A DNA stretch of 61,702 bases, counting the filler, from Squatina squatina (Eukaryota), in NCBI GenBank assembly GCA_031763465.1. It is 3 parts of 3 records of this genome, joined end to end, with 100 filler letters (N's around TTAATTAATTAA, not from the genome) between each part and the next. Parts side by side here need not be neighbours in the genome. Positions count along the whole stretch, not along the records: positions 45,191 to 61,702 come from JARFOE010000001.1; 2 more parts are not named here. One strand, written 5' to 3'. The notes below the pieces were generated by a model. That model made no database searches, was not told the DNA's origin, and saw only the letters and a program-made list of their open reading frames with translations. Shown piece by piece: positions 51,043 to 61,702 of the stretch; positions within the stretch are counted from its first letter, which is position 1, and the number at the start of each line of letters is the position of its first letter. Made by a program: the position numbers and the translations under genes.

Positions 51043-51323
51043 GTAAGTGAGAAAAAGACAAATACCTTTAGATGCGTGGAAGGTCGACTCAAATTATACC
51101 AAAGTCAGAAATCTGATTTTGAACAGCATTATAATTTCAGGGAAGTAATATTAAAGACACGGCGCAGTACGATAGATAAACGAGTTCCACATTCAAGCAT
51201 AGAAAGCTTGTTTTTGCTTTGAANNNNNNNNNNNNNNNNNNNNNNNNNNNNNNNNNNNNNNNNNNNNNNNNNNNNNNNNNNNNNNNNNNNNNNNNNNNNN
51301 NNNNNNNNNNNNNNNNNNNNNNN

Positions 51324-51563
51324 GGAACATCCCGCTCTCTTTCATCACTGACATCAAGAGGTGAAGGAAAAGAAGCCAAGGATTTTATCAGGCCCAAACT
51401 GGTGACTGTTATCCGCAGTGGTGTAAAACCACGGAAAGCTGTAAGGATTCTGCTAAACAAGAAGACAGCTCATTCATTCGATCAGGTGTTAAATGACATT
51501 ACAGATGCCATAAAATTAGATTCTGGAGCAGTCAGAAGACTCTACACGCTTGATGGAAAGCAG
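51324..51563 (+). CDS. DCLK2: DCLK2-like exon 2 (5'-truncated by gap; DC2 domain)
   Basis: Translates as [62 protein letters not shown]; donor CAG|gtagg. Confidence 0.85.
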
Positions 51564-51787
51564 GTAGGAAACAATGGCTTCTCTGGTCAGAGTCCTTGAT
51601 CATATAACCTTTATCATACAGAATAAGAATTGTTCACATGTTCATATTTCTGTAATAAGAATGGTTAAGCTGTGTAAAACCATGACTGACACATGACTGC
51701 CATTTTGCCTAAACTCAGGTGTTTCTGATGATGCAATGTGGAACATTGTCCGAGACTGCACGCCTGGTGTTTTAATTAGCTTGTGCA

Positions 51788-53608
51788 GGCCAGAAAATCG
51801 GGCTTTTAACCAGACAGGATGTATTCATGCTGCCCCTGATTTTCTGATGGGTAACTTTGCTGTGCAGAAGCAGGCTTGCAAACTTCTATCATTAGTATAT
51901 TAAAATTCTTTTAATCTGACTCCATGCAGAATNNNNNNNNNNNNNNNNNNNNNNNNNNNNNNNNNNNNNNNNNNNNNNNNNNNNNNNNNNNNNNNNNNNN
52001 NNNNNNNNNNNNNNNNNNNNNNNNNNNNNNNNTCGCAATCATGTGGAATAGACTGGATGAACCAGAGGGATTTTTCCTCCTCCTTCCTCCACTTTAGCAA
52101 GGTGATACCACCAAATCTCTTACATACCAGCTGGGATAGAGCCCCCAATTGCTTACCTTTACTGAATTCTTTCAATATTCTTGCAGGAGAAACTTGTGCA
52201 CAATGCCTACAAGAGGCAGGGCACTGGAGGGTGCATCCCGACATCAAACAACTCACCCTCGGACACAGTGCCAGTACTGGGTTAATGGGTGCATGCCCAT
52301 GCCGTCGCTGTGAAGCAGCACAGAGCTGCCAGTTCCTCTGTCTCCATAATCCCAAGAGGGTAATGCTCACCATTATTACCGTGTCCTGGTCGAGGTATTT
52401 GCCTCATTGTATTGCTCCTCTGCTGTTGTTCACACAACTCTTTGCGGGTTTCCTATCCTAGGGAGAAGAGGATCGGTTTTGGCTTCCACATCATCCTTCA
52501 GGTAATTTTTTTGTCTTTAAAGAGTTCGGGGAAGGCCGAATTCTGAAGGATGAATGCTTTATGAACTTTCCAGCTAACCTCATATTGACATGCAAGATCC
52601 TTTGCATGTTGTCACACGCAATCTGGTCATTCCAGAAGTATAATCCTTTTCTGTGAGTGTCATCCATTGCCCTCTGGACCTTGGGAAAGCCAGAAACTCA
52701 TTAATACTGGTTGACTTTATCTTGCTGCTGCCTTGCTGTGACACCAAACTGGATGAATTCCCCATCTCTGCAGGAAAGTACATCAGTCACATGGCGAATG
52801 CGTGCCCAAAAGACACCATGGCCTGATACGACAGAGATCACTCTGTGGTTGCCTGGAATTACCCCTTAAAGTTCGAGTCCTGTCATGATCTTCGTAGGCA
52901 GAGCTCTGCAGGCAGATGACCATGGCAGATGACTCATGTATTTTCTGGCACTGCTCCTCCGTTACCACTTTGGTAAAGCATACCCTTCTAAGGTTTTAAT
53001 AGGACCTGCGTCTCCTGTAAATTTTTTTGGGTGCTGGTGGTAGGGGGTGAGGGGGCAGGTAATATGTTGTGGGGTGCATGCTCTTTAAATACTGCCTTAC
53101 TCCCCTTCCCTTCATCCTCTCCTTGCTCCTCCTCATCCATGATGCCTATGGGGAATGCCACACCTGCTCCCGAAAAGCTCTCCCTGTGGGGGTGACAGTC
53201 AAAATCAAGTCCAAGACTGTCCAGGCCGAATGCCAAAAAAAAGGATTCACTGAATAATGTCATTCCCAGCTGCAGCCAACACTGGTCAAATCTCCAGCAG
53301 TTTTCAGGCTCAAAAACTCCTCACTTCCAGCAGTGTCAGCTGATTCTTGGAACATCTCCATTGTATATTTCTCATTCTGACCCACCCCGCATGCATTGTG
53401 AGTGTAAAACCTTGAAATTCAGGGTGCCTCCACAATGGCCCTCATTTACATGCACTTTAATCAGATGCATGAGGTGGATCCTGGGAAGGACCAAATCATG
53501 TTAGGAAATAGGACAGATTAGCTTCCGCTCCAATGTGCTGACCAGAAAAAGTACTTGCTCTGATTTTATGTTGGAGAACCGCTGCAAACGGCATGGAATT
53601 TCGAGGCC
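51788..53608. mobile_element. Second decayed two-gene Harbinger element in a DCLK2-like intron
   Basis: Plus strand from 52187: ttgcag|EKLVHNAYKRQGTGG. Minus strand about 52515-53020: IRHVTDVL...EFIQF...SGFPKVQRAMDDTH...RKG...QIACD...AFILQNSAFPELF. TIR-like ends ggccagaaaatc and gaatttcgaggcc. Confidence 0.68.
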
Positions 53609-54736
53609 AGGGGCTGCAAGTGCTGTTGTAAAATAAGTGCTATCTGTGACAATAGAGCACTGCTAATTATTCTTTCGTATAATGTCTACTGTTCTGATGT
53701 TCATTTTCAGTGAGTCATAGTAACAAAGAAAGAAGTTCTGACAGTGTGAAGAATGCTGTGTTATAGAGGACTCCATTTAAAAAGCAACCTAACAACTACA
53801 GGGTTACAGGTAATTAGTGCCCTGGGATGTTAAAGTTCAAGTTGTTATTGTAATGCATCAACCTATATCCATCCAAGAAGTGGTTCTTTTCAAAGCAAGG
53901 ATTTACACAGATTGTAATGAGATGAAAGTTAGATCCTCAGTGTCCTGACCACTAACCTGTCTCACGTATTTTCTTGTAGTTTTTAGAATGTTGCATTGCT
54001 GTGTTTCACATACTGCTCCACAGTTGTCGAGAAGCAACTTCTCTGGTCTACCACTCCTGGGCTCAGTTACCAGCAGTAGAAAGGTAATTTCCTAATGAGA
54101 ACTATTCCTGATACAAGCTCACCAAAAAAAACAAAATCCAAATAAAGCTTGCACTTAGCAGGAATTGCTTTCATCTGTGCTGTTAACAGATGTGCATCAA
54201 TAACTCCACACTCAACAGTCCACAATTATGTAGAGTAAATGGCCTACCACAGTTATGGTTTGGCCTGTTATTGATTATAAGTGGGATTATTGCACTGTAC
54301 TATTTTTATTCTGCATGTACACTCTATAATCACTTGTCTTTTATTGCTGACAAGTTGTGGATTGTCTTGACAGCTTAAAGGAAAACTCATGCACGATAGG
54401 TGCTCTGTGTGGTTCAAGATCACTTTGGTTTTCTGGAAATGAGTTTATCGTCTAATGTTCTGTGTCTAATATTTGGAAGTCTGAAAGATATCATGGGCTG
54501 GATTATTCACTAGCTCGACACTAGCATGGGAAGATTAGCCAACATAAATCAATTTCAAGCCATGACTGACTTCTTAATTACATGATAGAATCAAATGCCT
54601 GTTCACCATGTATCTGGGAGACACACATTCATTAGGCAAGAAAATCTATACTTATGTTCTCTAGATATCCACAAATGTCAAAAAGTGGCATTAGTTTAGA
54701 ACTAGTTTAAACGTTCCAGTATATTTAAAAGATCTA

Positions 54737-54862
54737 GGGCGCCCAATTCGGGGTTTTTAAGTTTCTGGCGCTAAGGGCTGAATTAGGCAGCGCAAAGTTC
54801 AGGTCTTTGAAATTTTTTGTTAAGGCCTGCAATTCGACACTTTGAAAAAAATTGTCAGACAG
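54737..54862. mobile_element. MITE start with TIR GGGCGCCCAATTCGGGTTTT
   Basis: Exact 20-bp inverted match to 33425-33444. A related start lies at 49163. Confidence 0.65.
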
Positions 54863-56697
54863 NNNNNNNNNNNNNNNNNNNNNNNNNNNNNNNNNNNNNN
54901 NNNNNNNNNNNNNNNNNNNNNNNNNNNNNNNNNNNNNNNNNNNNNNNNNNNNNNNNNNNNNNCCCTATCACATCTAAACATCTCAAAATGCTCCACACAA
55001 GTAGATTTTTTATGTACAATGATTTGTTATATATGTTTTATGGCAACATTCTGTGCAGCAACAATTCACAAACACCAATGAGATTATATATGGTATTATT
55101 TATAAGGTAAAATTGGAATTTACTTTTGAATTAGAGATCTCTTCATAATTATTTCCCACAAAGCTGATATATAACTCTGTCATGTTTGGTATAAAACTGT
55201 GTTTTTAAAACATTGTTAATTGACCATCCATGGCTCTGCTAGTCGGGAGTATGGAGTCTGGAGTATGTAAAGTTTAGCTGCTAACCTGCCCCTTTAAGGC
55301 CACTGCATTGTGCTCCCAGTGAGGAAGCGGTCTATATTGGTCCGAAGGTCAATTAGAGGCTAATTATGGTGGTGGTGGTTGTTGTTGTTTGAAGTTTCTT
55401 TATGTTGGCAGCTATTTGGGGAGAGGCAAGGTTTATCTCTAGGTGAGCAGGAACTGACTGGCTTTCTTTGTTTTTTTTGTATATTTTTTTAAAAGACTGC
55501 TCAGTTATGATTTGATGTTTTTGCATAAAGTGTGATGTCTGGAGTGTGGTGTCTGGAGTATGACGGATGCTCTCAAAACTTATATATTAACAGATTACAT
55601 TTGAACAATATTTATCTCCAGTAGACCAATGCCAATAAAATGATAGCACAGATACAGCTGAAAATCATTATGGTTGCGCAGCTTGCAAGATGGATAGATC
55701 TATAGATAGCTCCAAAACGGTAACTTTTCTGATTTTATGTGACTGCTCAGAGTTCAGTATTTTGCACTGGAGCTATCAGCCAACCTTTTGGAACATAATT
55801 TAATATAATTTGCAGCTGACAACTCAGTAGGTGACCTTCTCACGCTCAATGCTGACTACACTGCTCAAGTGACAATAGGTGGACTTGTCCAAACTGGATA
55901 GTGACAATTAAGGATAGCGAACAAGTCACCAAAATTTAACTTTATTTCCTGCATTTCTTCATGCATTTCCAGCATTTTCTGTTTTAATTTCAGACTTCAT
56001 GCATTCAAACTGTTTCTTCTTCTCACAGCACTAGGCTTCCAGTTAGTGAGGCTGGGTGCTGCCCTAAAACAGCACTGCTGCTGTGACATGTCAGTATTTA
56101 AAATTTGTCAAGTCGTTAGACACAAATATATGCAGTAACTACACGCTGTGCATTCATAATAATGCTTCTGGTATGCAGTTGGAGAAACAAAATACTAAAT
56201 CATGGCATGACTGATGCTTCCAGTTTCTGTATGTCAGACAGGCTCAGTAATCCGTNNNNNNNNNNCAACTGCTGCTTCATCCTGTCAGACAAAATGAAGC
56301 AGTCACAAAACTCAGCAATCATCTTCATCTGTCTGGACTTAAAACATCAAATGCTGGCAATCCTTTATGTGTTTTAAATTACCATATGTTTTCTATTGTA
56401 ACTTTCACAACTGTTTCTAGTAATGATAATATAGTAAAACGTTAAATCATCCTTGTAAAATACCTGCACAAGAAGTCATTATCAGCATGTACATAGATTT
56501 ACTGTCAGTTGTNNNNNNNNNNGCATTAACAGTTTCCTTTCAATTCCTTGCCATTGCTGTTTATGCCCTAATACAATTTCTCCCTTTTAAATGCCTCAAT
56601 TGATTCTGTTTCTCTGGTCTTCTGGGGTATAGCATTCCATACCCTCACAATTCTTTGAAGAAATTTTGCCTCAATCTACTTTTAACCAAGATAATGT

Positions 56698-57037
56698 CAT
56701 AGGAACATAGGAACAGGAGTAGGCCATTTAACCCCTCGAGCCTGTTCCACCATTCAATGAGATCATGGCTGATCTGTGACCTAACTCCATATACCCGCCT
56801 TTGCTCCATATCCTGTGTGAATCTCAAATTTAAAATTAACAATTGATCTAGCACCAACTGCTGTTTGCAGAGGAGAGCTCCAAACTTCTACCACCCTTTG
56901 CGTGTAGAAGTGTTTCCTAATATCACTCCTGAAAGGCCTGACTCTAATTTTTAGGCTCCGTCCCCTAGTCAGCGGAAATAATTTCTCTCTCTCTCTACTC
57001 TATTCGTTCCCCTTAATATCTTGAAAGTTCAACCAAN
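56698..57037 (-). mobile_element. CR1 LINE 3' end
   Basis: Tail cataggaacataggaacaggagtaggccatt; minus strand reads KHFYTQRVVEVW. Confidence 0.85.
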
Positions 57038-57184
57038 NNNNNNNNNNNNNNNNNNNNNNNNNNNNNNNNNNNNNNNNNNNNNNNNNNNNNNNNNNNNNNN
57101 NNNNNNNNNNNNNNNNNNNNNNNNNNNNNNNNNNNNCATGTTCTTTGTGGAACCTTTCTGTAAGTAAAATGGCTGCCAAGCTTA

Positions 57185-57900
57185 CTTACAACAACGACAG
57201 CTTGCATTTATAAAGCAACTTTAATGTAGCAAAATGTCCCAAGGCACTTCACAAAGGTGTAATTAGAAAAAAATGGACAGCAAGCCAAAGAAGGAGATAT
57301 TAAGAAGAGTGATAAAAAGCTTGGTCACAGAGCTGGGTTTCAGGGAGGTGGAGAGACGTTTCAGGGAGGTGGAGAGGCGGAGTGGTTTAGGGAGGAAATT
57401 CCAGAGCATGGGGCCTAGGTGCCAAAAGTACGGCTGCCTATGTAGGAGTGAAGGGAGGGGTTCACAAGAGGCTGTTGCAGGAACCGAGAGTTCATGAGGC
57501 CAGAGTTAAAAGAGATAGGGAGGGGGCGAGACCATGAAGGAATTTAAACTGGAGGATGAGAATATTAAGTTTGATGTATTGGAAACTGGTTGTCAATGAA
57601 GGTCAACGAGGATAAGGGTGATAGATGAGCAGGATTTTGTGTGGGATCGGATGCACGGGTGGGACTTTTGGATGAGTTAAAGTTTATGAAGAGTGGAGAA
57701 TGGGAGGCTAGCCACTAGTGCTTTGGAATAGTTGAGTCTGAAAGTGACAAAGGCATGGCTGAGAGTTTCAGCAGAAGGTGGACTGAGTTAGGGGTAGAGG
57801 TGGGTGATATTACAGAGATGGAAGTAGGTGGCCTTTTTGATGGAGAGACGGGACCGGACGCTTAAGTCGGGGTCAGGTAGGATGCCGAGGTTGCAAACAG
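57185..57900 (-). mobile_element. L2 LINE 3' portion
   Basis: Begins with acaacaac...ttgcatttata (reverse of the L2 tail) and continues as a purine-rich segment similar to the reverse complement of 41937-42243. Confidence 0.7.
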
Positions 57901-60886
57901 CTTACCTAAGAATCAATACAATTCAGAATTAATTAAGTATAATTGATAGATGTGATCAGTCATTCAACAAATGCACATCTTTTTTTCAGTCACAGTGCAA
58001 CCTGTTAATGGTGACCAGCAATCCTAGAGTATCCTGTTAATGGAACCAGACAATATCCACCCAGTCAATAGATTTATACATTCTGAGGCACTAATTAATC
58101 ACTAATCCATTTTACGATGTTTTCTTCAAAGGAATTTCTGAGTACTGGGAACATTCTGTCATAGGAATGATCCCATTAAGAGGCCTGTACTGTAGAAGGC
58201 TTGGCTAGTAAGAGTGTTTGTGGAACTAATTTAAATATTCATGTTCATAAGTCCATTACACTTCTGGAACTACTTACAAATGACAGGTATCAACTAAAGT
58301 TTGACTCTCATACACAGCACATCACAGTTCAAGTATCTATAGATGGTGAGGGTTAACATATTGCATGTTTCTGTAACATGCCTCTCAGACATCCCACTTT
58401 GCTGTAGGAAACCACCACTGTCAGGAAATCTGCCAAGTGCACTGATTTAATGTGGCGGTTTGAGGTGTGCATGCTGTGAACCAGATGGTAAAAATGTAAA
58501 ATAACTTAGAAATTATTGCTATTTTTATAGTATTTTGCCAAGACTATAAAAGTTCATTAACTTCAGTGGGAGGCATTCAAGGCAGAGATACTGAGGGTTC
58601 AGAGCACATATGTTCCCACAAAGAAAAAGGGTGGGATTCCCAAATCTAGAGCCCCCTGGATGTCAAGGGTATACAGGGTAGGACAAGGCAAAAAAAAGGG
58701 AAGCTTATGTCAGATACTGAGAGCTCAATACTGCAGAAAGCCTGGAGGAGAATAGNNNNNNNNNNNNNNNNNNNNNNNNNNNNNNNNNNNNNNNNNNNNN
58801 NNNNNNNNNNNNNNNNNNNNNNNNNNNNNNNNNNNNNNNNNNNNNNNNNNNNNNNNNNNNNNNNNNNNNNNNNNNNNNNNNNNNNNNNNNNNNNNNNNNN
58901 NNNNNNNNNNNNNNNNNNNNNNNNNNNNNNNNNNNNNNNNNNNNNNNNNNNNNNNNNNNNNNNNNNNNNNNNNNNNNNNNNNNNNNNNNNNNNNNNNNNN
59001 NNNNNNNNNNNNNNNNNNNNNNNNNNNNNNNNNNNNNNNNNNNNNNNNNNNNNNNNNNNNNNNNNNNNNNNNNNNNNNNNNNNNNNNNNNNNNNNNNNNN
59101 NNNNNNNNNNNNNNNNNNNNNNNNNNNNNNNNNNNNNNNNNNNNNNNNNNNNNNNNNNNNNNNNNNNNNNNNNNNNNNNNNNNNNNNNNNNNNNNNNNNN
59201 NNNNNNNNNNNNNNNNNNNNNNNNNNNNNNNNNNNNNNNNNNNNNNNNNNNNNNNNNNNNNNNNNNNNNNNNNNNNNNNNNNNNNNNNNNNNNNNNNNNN
59301 NNNNNNNNNNNNNNNNNNNNNNNNNNNNNNNNNNNNNNNNNNNNNNNNNNNNNNNNNNNNNNNNNNNNNNNNNNNNNNNNNNNNNNNNNNNNNNNNNNNN
59401 NNNNNNNCCCACTACCCCACACCCCACTCCTGATTACCGGTGACCATCCCCAAGCGTCCCCGGCTGCGATCCTCTGTCGCGAATCTTCCCTCCCACCCGC
59501 TGGCCAGGCTATCCATTTGGACGGCTGTCGGGCGGGAGGCGGAGCTGCAAGATGTCAGAGTCACTGGAGGTCCCGCCATTAAGATCATCAGGAGCTCCAC
59601 ATCCTCAGCCTTGCTGCGTTCTTCGACCATTTTCAGCCTCACCCGCGCCCACCCCGTAAATATCCAGGCCCCTTAGTAATTTATTCTTCAAAAAATATGG
59701 AAAATATTTCCTTCTACAGTGATACATCCCTAAGTACTAAAGAACTGCAGCAGACATAATGTCGATCCTCTTAACCAGGACTGTCTTTGCTGTCACTGCT
59801 AATTAATGTCTCAGTGCTCCACGTCTGTCAGCAAGAGGCTAACACCTCAACTGCCAAGCAAATCTTTGAGACTCGTAACCGCTTTGTGACCCTGTCTAAC
59901 TCTCAACTTTGTGCTCGCTGAGGCACATATTTTCTACCTGTCTTCAACTATTGAATCCATTGTGTCTGTGCTGGTGCTAGATTTTCCACTGGAACCATCT
60001 ACTGTAATCCCATCTCCATCCTTTTATATTCTTAATTTGTGGTGAAGCATTCCATGTTCCAGTAACGGTCTGTGTAGAAAACATTTTTTCTAACTTCCAC
60101 ATTCATTCTCCCAGTGATAATCTCAGTCTATGTCCCCTTTTCACTGATTCACAAACCAGTTGAAAGTAAATTTACCCTCCTCAAGACGTTTTATAATTTT
60201 TAAAACCCCTATGAGAAATCTCATTACCTGCCTTTGGTCCAATAAAAAGGGCCCATTTTTTCATGCATTTCTTNNNNNNNNNNNNNNNNNNNNNNNNNNN
60301 NNNNNNNNNNNNNNNNNNNNNNNNNNNNNNNNNNNNNNNNNNNNNNNNNNNNNNNNNNNNNNNNNNNNNNNNNCAGCCTTATGTAAATTAAGTAAACTTA
60401 AAAGAAAATGTTCCAGAAAGTCAGTGGTCTTTGCCAGCAACGCCCAGTAATGCAAAACAGGCTTGTAGCAGATCGGCAGCCTGTTTTATACCACATCTGA
60501 TTTCTTATTCATTAAAGATGGTGCAAAAGAAAATTGGGCTCAATATAAAATGGGCTGCCAATTCACAAAGAACCCATTTTGCGCTATTGGCAAAGAAAAA
60601 TTATGTTATTTGAAGAAAACAGACAGTACTGCTTTAAGTTTGTAGAATTTAAATAAATCCTGGTTATCACTCAGTATAAAATTTGGGGATTAACATAGCA
60701 AATCTAAATATAAATGTGTTCTGTTTTCTTGAGTAAAGAAAAAGGTCTTGTTGTTCTGCAATATTTAGCAGTGTGAAATCTGCCACTATTTAAAAATGTA
60801 TTGGCTTTCCATCGTGCTGATTATGTTCTGGTACTTTCTTGTGTTCAAATTTTCATGTTATTTAAATTTTATTTTCCTCTGCACAG

Positions 60887-60981
60887 TGAATGGAACCCCA
60901 AGCAGTCAGCTGTCAACACCCAAATCCACTAAATCGTCCAGCTCTTCCCCAACCAGCCCTGGCAGCTTGAGAGCTCACAAG
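60887..60981 (+). CDS. DCLK2: DCLK2-like Ser/Pro-rich exon
   Basis: cacag|...|gtaaa. Translates as (V)NGTPSSQLSTPKSTKSSSSSPTSPGSLRAHK. Confidence 0.88.
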
Positions 60982-61140
60982 GTAAAAATATCTTTCTGTC
61001 AACATACTCATAAAAGATTGGCATTTGCTGAAATTCTTTGCAGTGTTCTAAAATAATAAATGAGAGCAACGGATGAAGACTTTGTGTTTCTAAAAGTTGT
61101 CACCCATATACAGTGCAGTTCTGTCGTTGATGCGTACATG

Positions 61141-61677
61141 GGGGCTGAAACTGTGGTCCGTGGATGCCTCCGACCAGCAAAAAATCTACACACTTACCTC
61201 CTGCCTTAGGGCCTCTACGCGAAGGCCTGTATATGTACGCAATCCCCATAAGCATGAATGGGGATCACATAAAAATACGTTCAACATACAAATTAATTAA
61301 AATACGATATAATTAAACATTTAAACCAAAAATGTAATTTTTTGGAAAAAAAATTTAAATGTTTTGAATGGGCTAAAGTATCCTTACCTTATTGTACATG
61401 TGTTTTAATGTTTAAATGAATAAAAAATATATATTTTTATGTTTTCTAAAACTATTATGCTGGTAAAAGTAGGTCTTTTGCCTGCTTTTACCAGGTGTAA
61501 ATATTTCACAGGCATTCACTGGGCAGAAATTGGGCAACTCTCCGCCTGCAGAGGCTCTTTTCCCGGGGATTCTTGACAGATCGTAAGTTCTGGGTTTTAG
61601 CGCATGCGCAGCTCATGCCTAAGCCTGGAACTTGTGTGGCCCCTACAGGCGCCCGTAGGGGCCGCAAATTACGGCCA
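61141..61677. mobile_element. Hairpin-rich non-autonomous element (same family as 3400-3960)
   Basis: Imperfect TIRs (ggggctgaaactgtgg and ccgcaaattacggcc); collinear similarity and shared hairpins with 3400-3960. Confidence 0.65.
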
Positions 61678-61702
61678 TAGTTTTCCACTGCTTCTTAGGG
61701 GT

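Noticed and set aside
55290-55448. DCLK1-short/CARP-like alternative first exon ending at tag|gtgagc
   Set aside because: The nearby ATG gives phase 2, but phase 1 is needed to join exon 60887, and there is no MLELIE-like peptide. A non-coding exon cannot be supported from sequence alone.
1-61702. CRISPR arrays, tRNA or rRNA genes, prokaryote-type operons
   Set aside because: No regularly spaced repeat-spacer array. tRNA-like segments are SINE heads, and the genes are spliced vertebrate exons.

Overview
Eukaryotic (vertebrate) genomic DNA. The repeat content (CR1 and L2 LINEs, DeuSINE, Penelope, PIF/Harbinger) points to a cartilaginous fish, probably a shark; this is an inference. The window is not one locus. 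Two artificial 100-bp spacers (44N-TTAATTAATTAA-44N at 28960-29059 and 45091-45190) join three gap-ridden scaffolds. Scaffold 1 (1-28959) holds seven spliced coding exons of NOL4 (+) tail-to-tail with the large last exon of ASXL3 (-). Scaffold 2 (29060-45090) is mostly retroelements, with one GALNT1/GALNT13-type exon (+) and the first coding exon of alpha-neurexin 2 (-). Scaffold 3 (45191-61702) holds three exons of a DCLK2-like doublecortin gene (+). The most notable non-routine signals are: decayed two-gene PIF/Harbinger transposons (spliced Myb/SANT-type gene convergent with a HARBI1-type transposase); a family of hairpin-rich non-autonomous elements whose stems co-vary between copies; candidate internal first exons of NOL4; and a DCLK2-like protein that departs from normally invariant doublecortin residues. 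I found no CRISPR arrays, rRNA or true tRNA genes, and no firm evidence of a wholly new biological system. Family assignments are from recalled sequences, not database searches.
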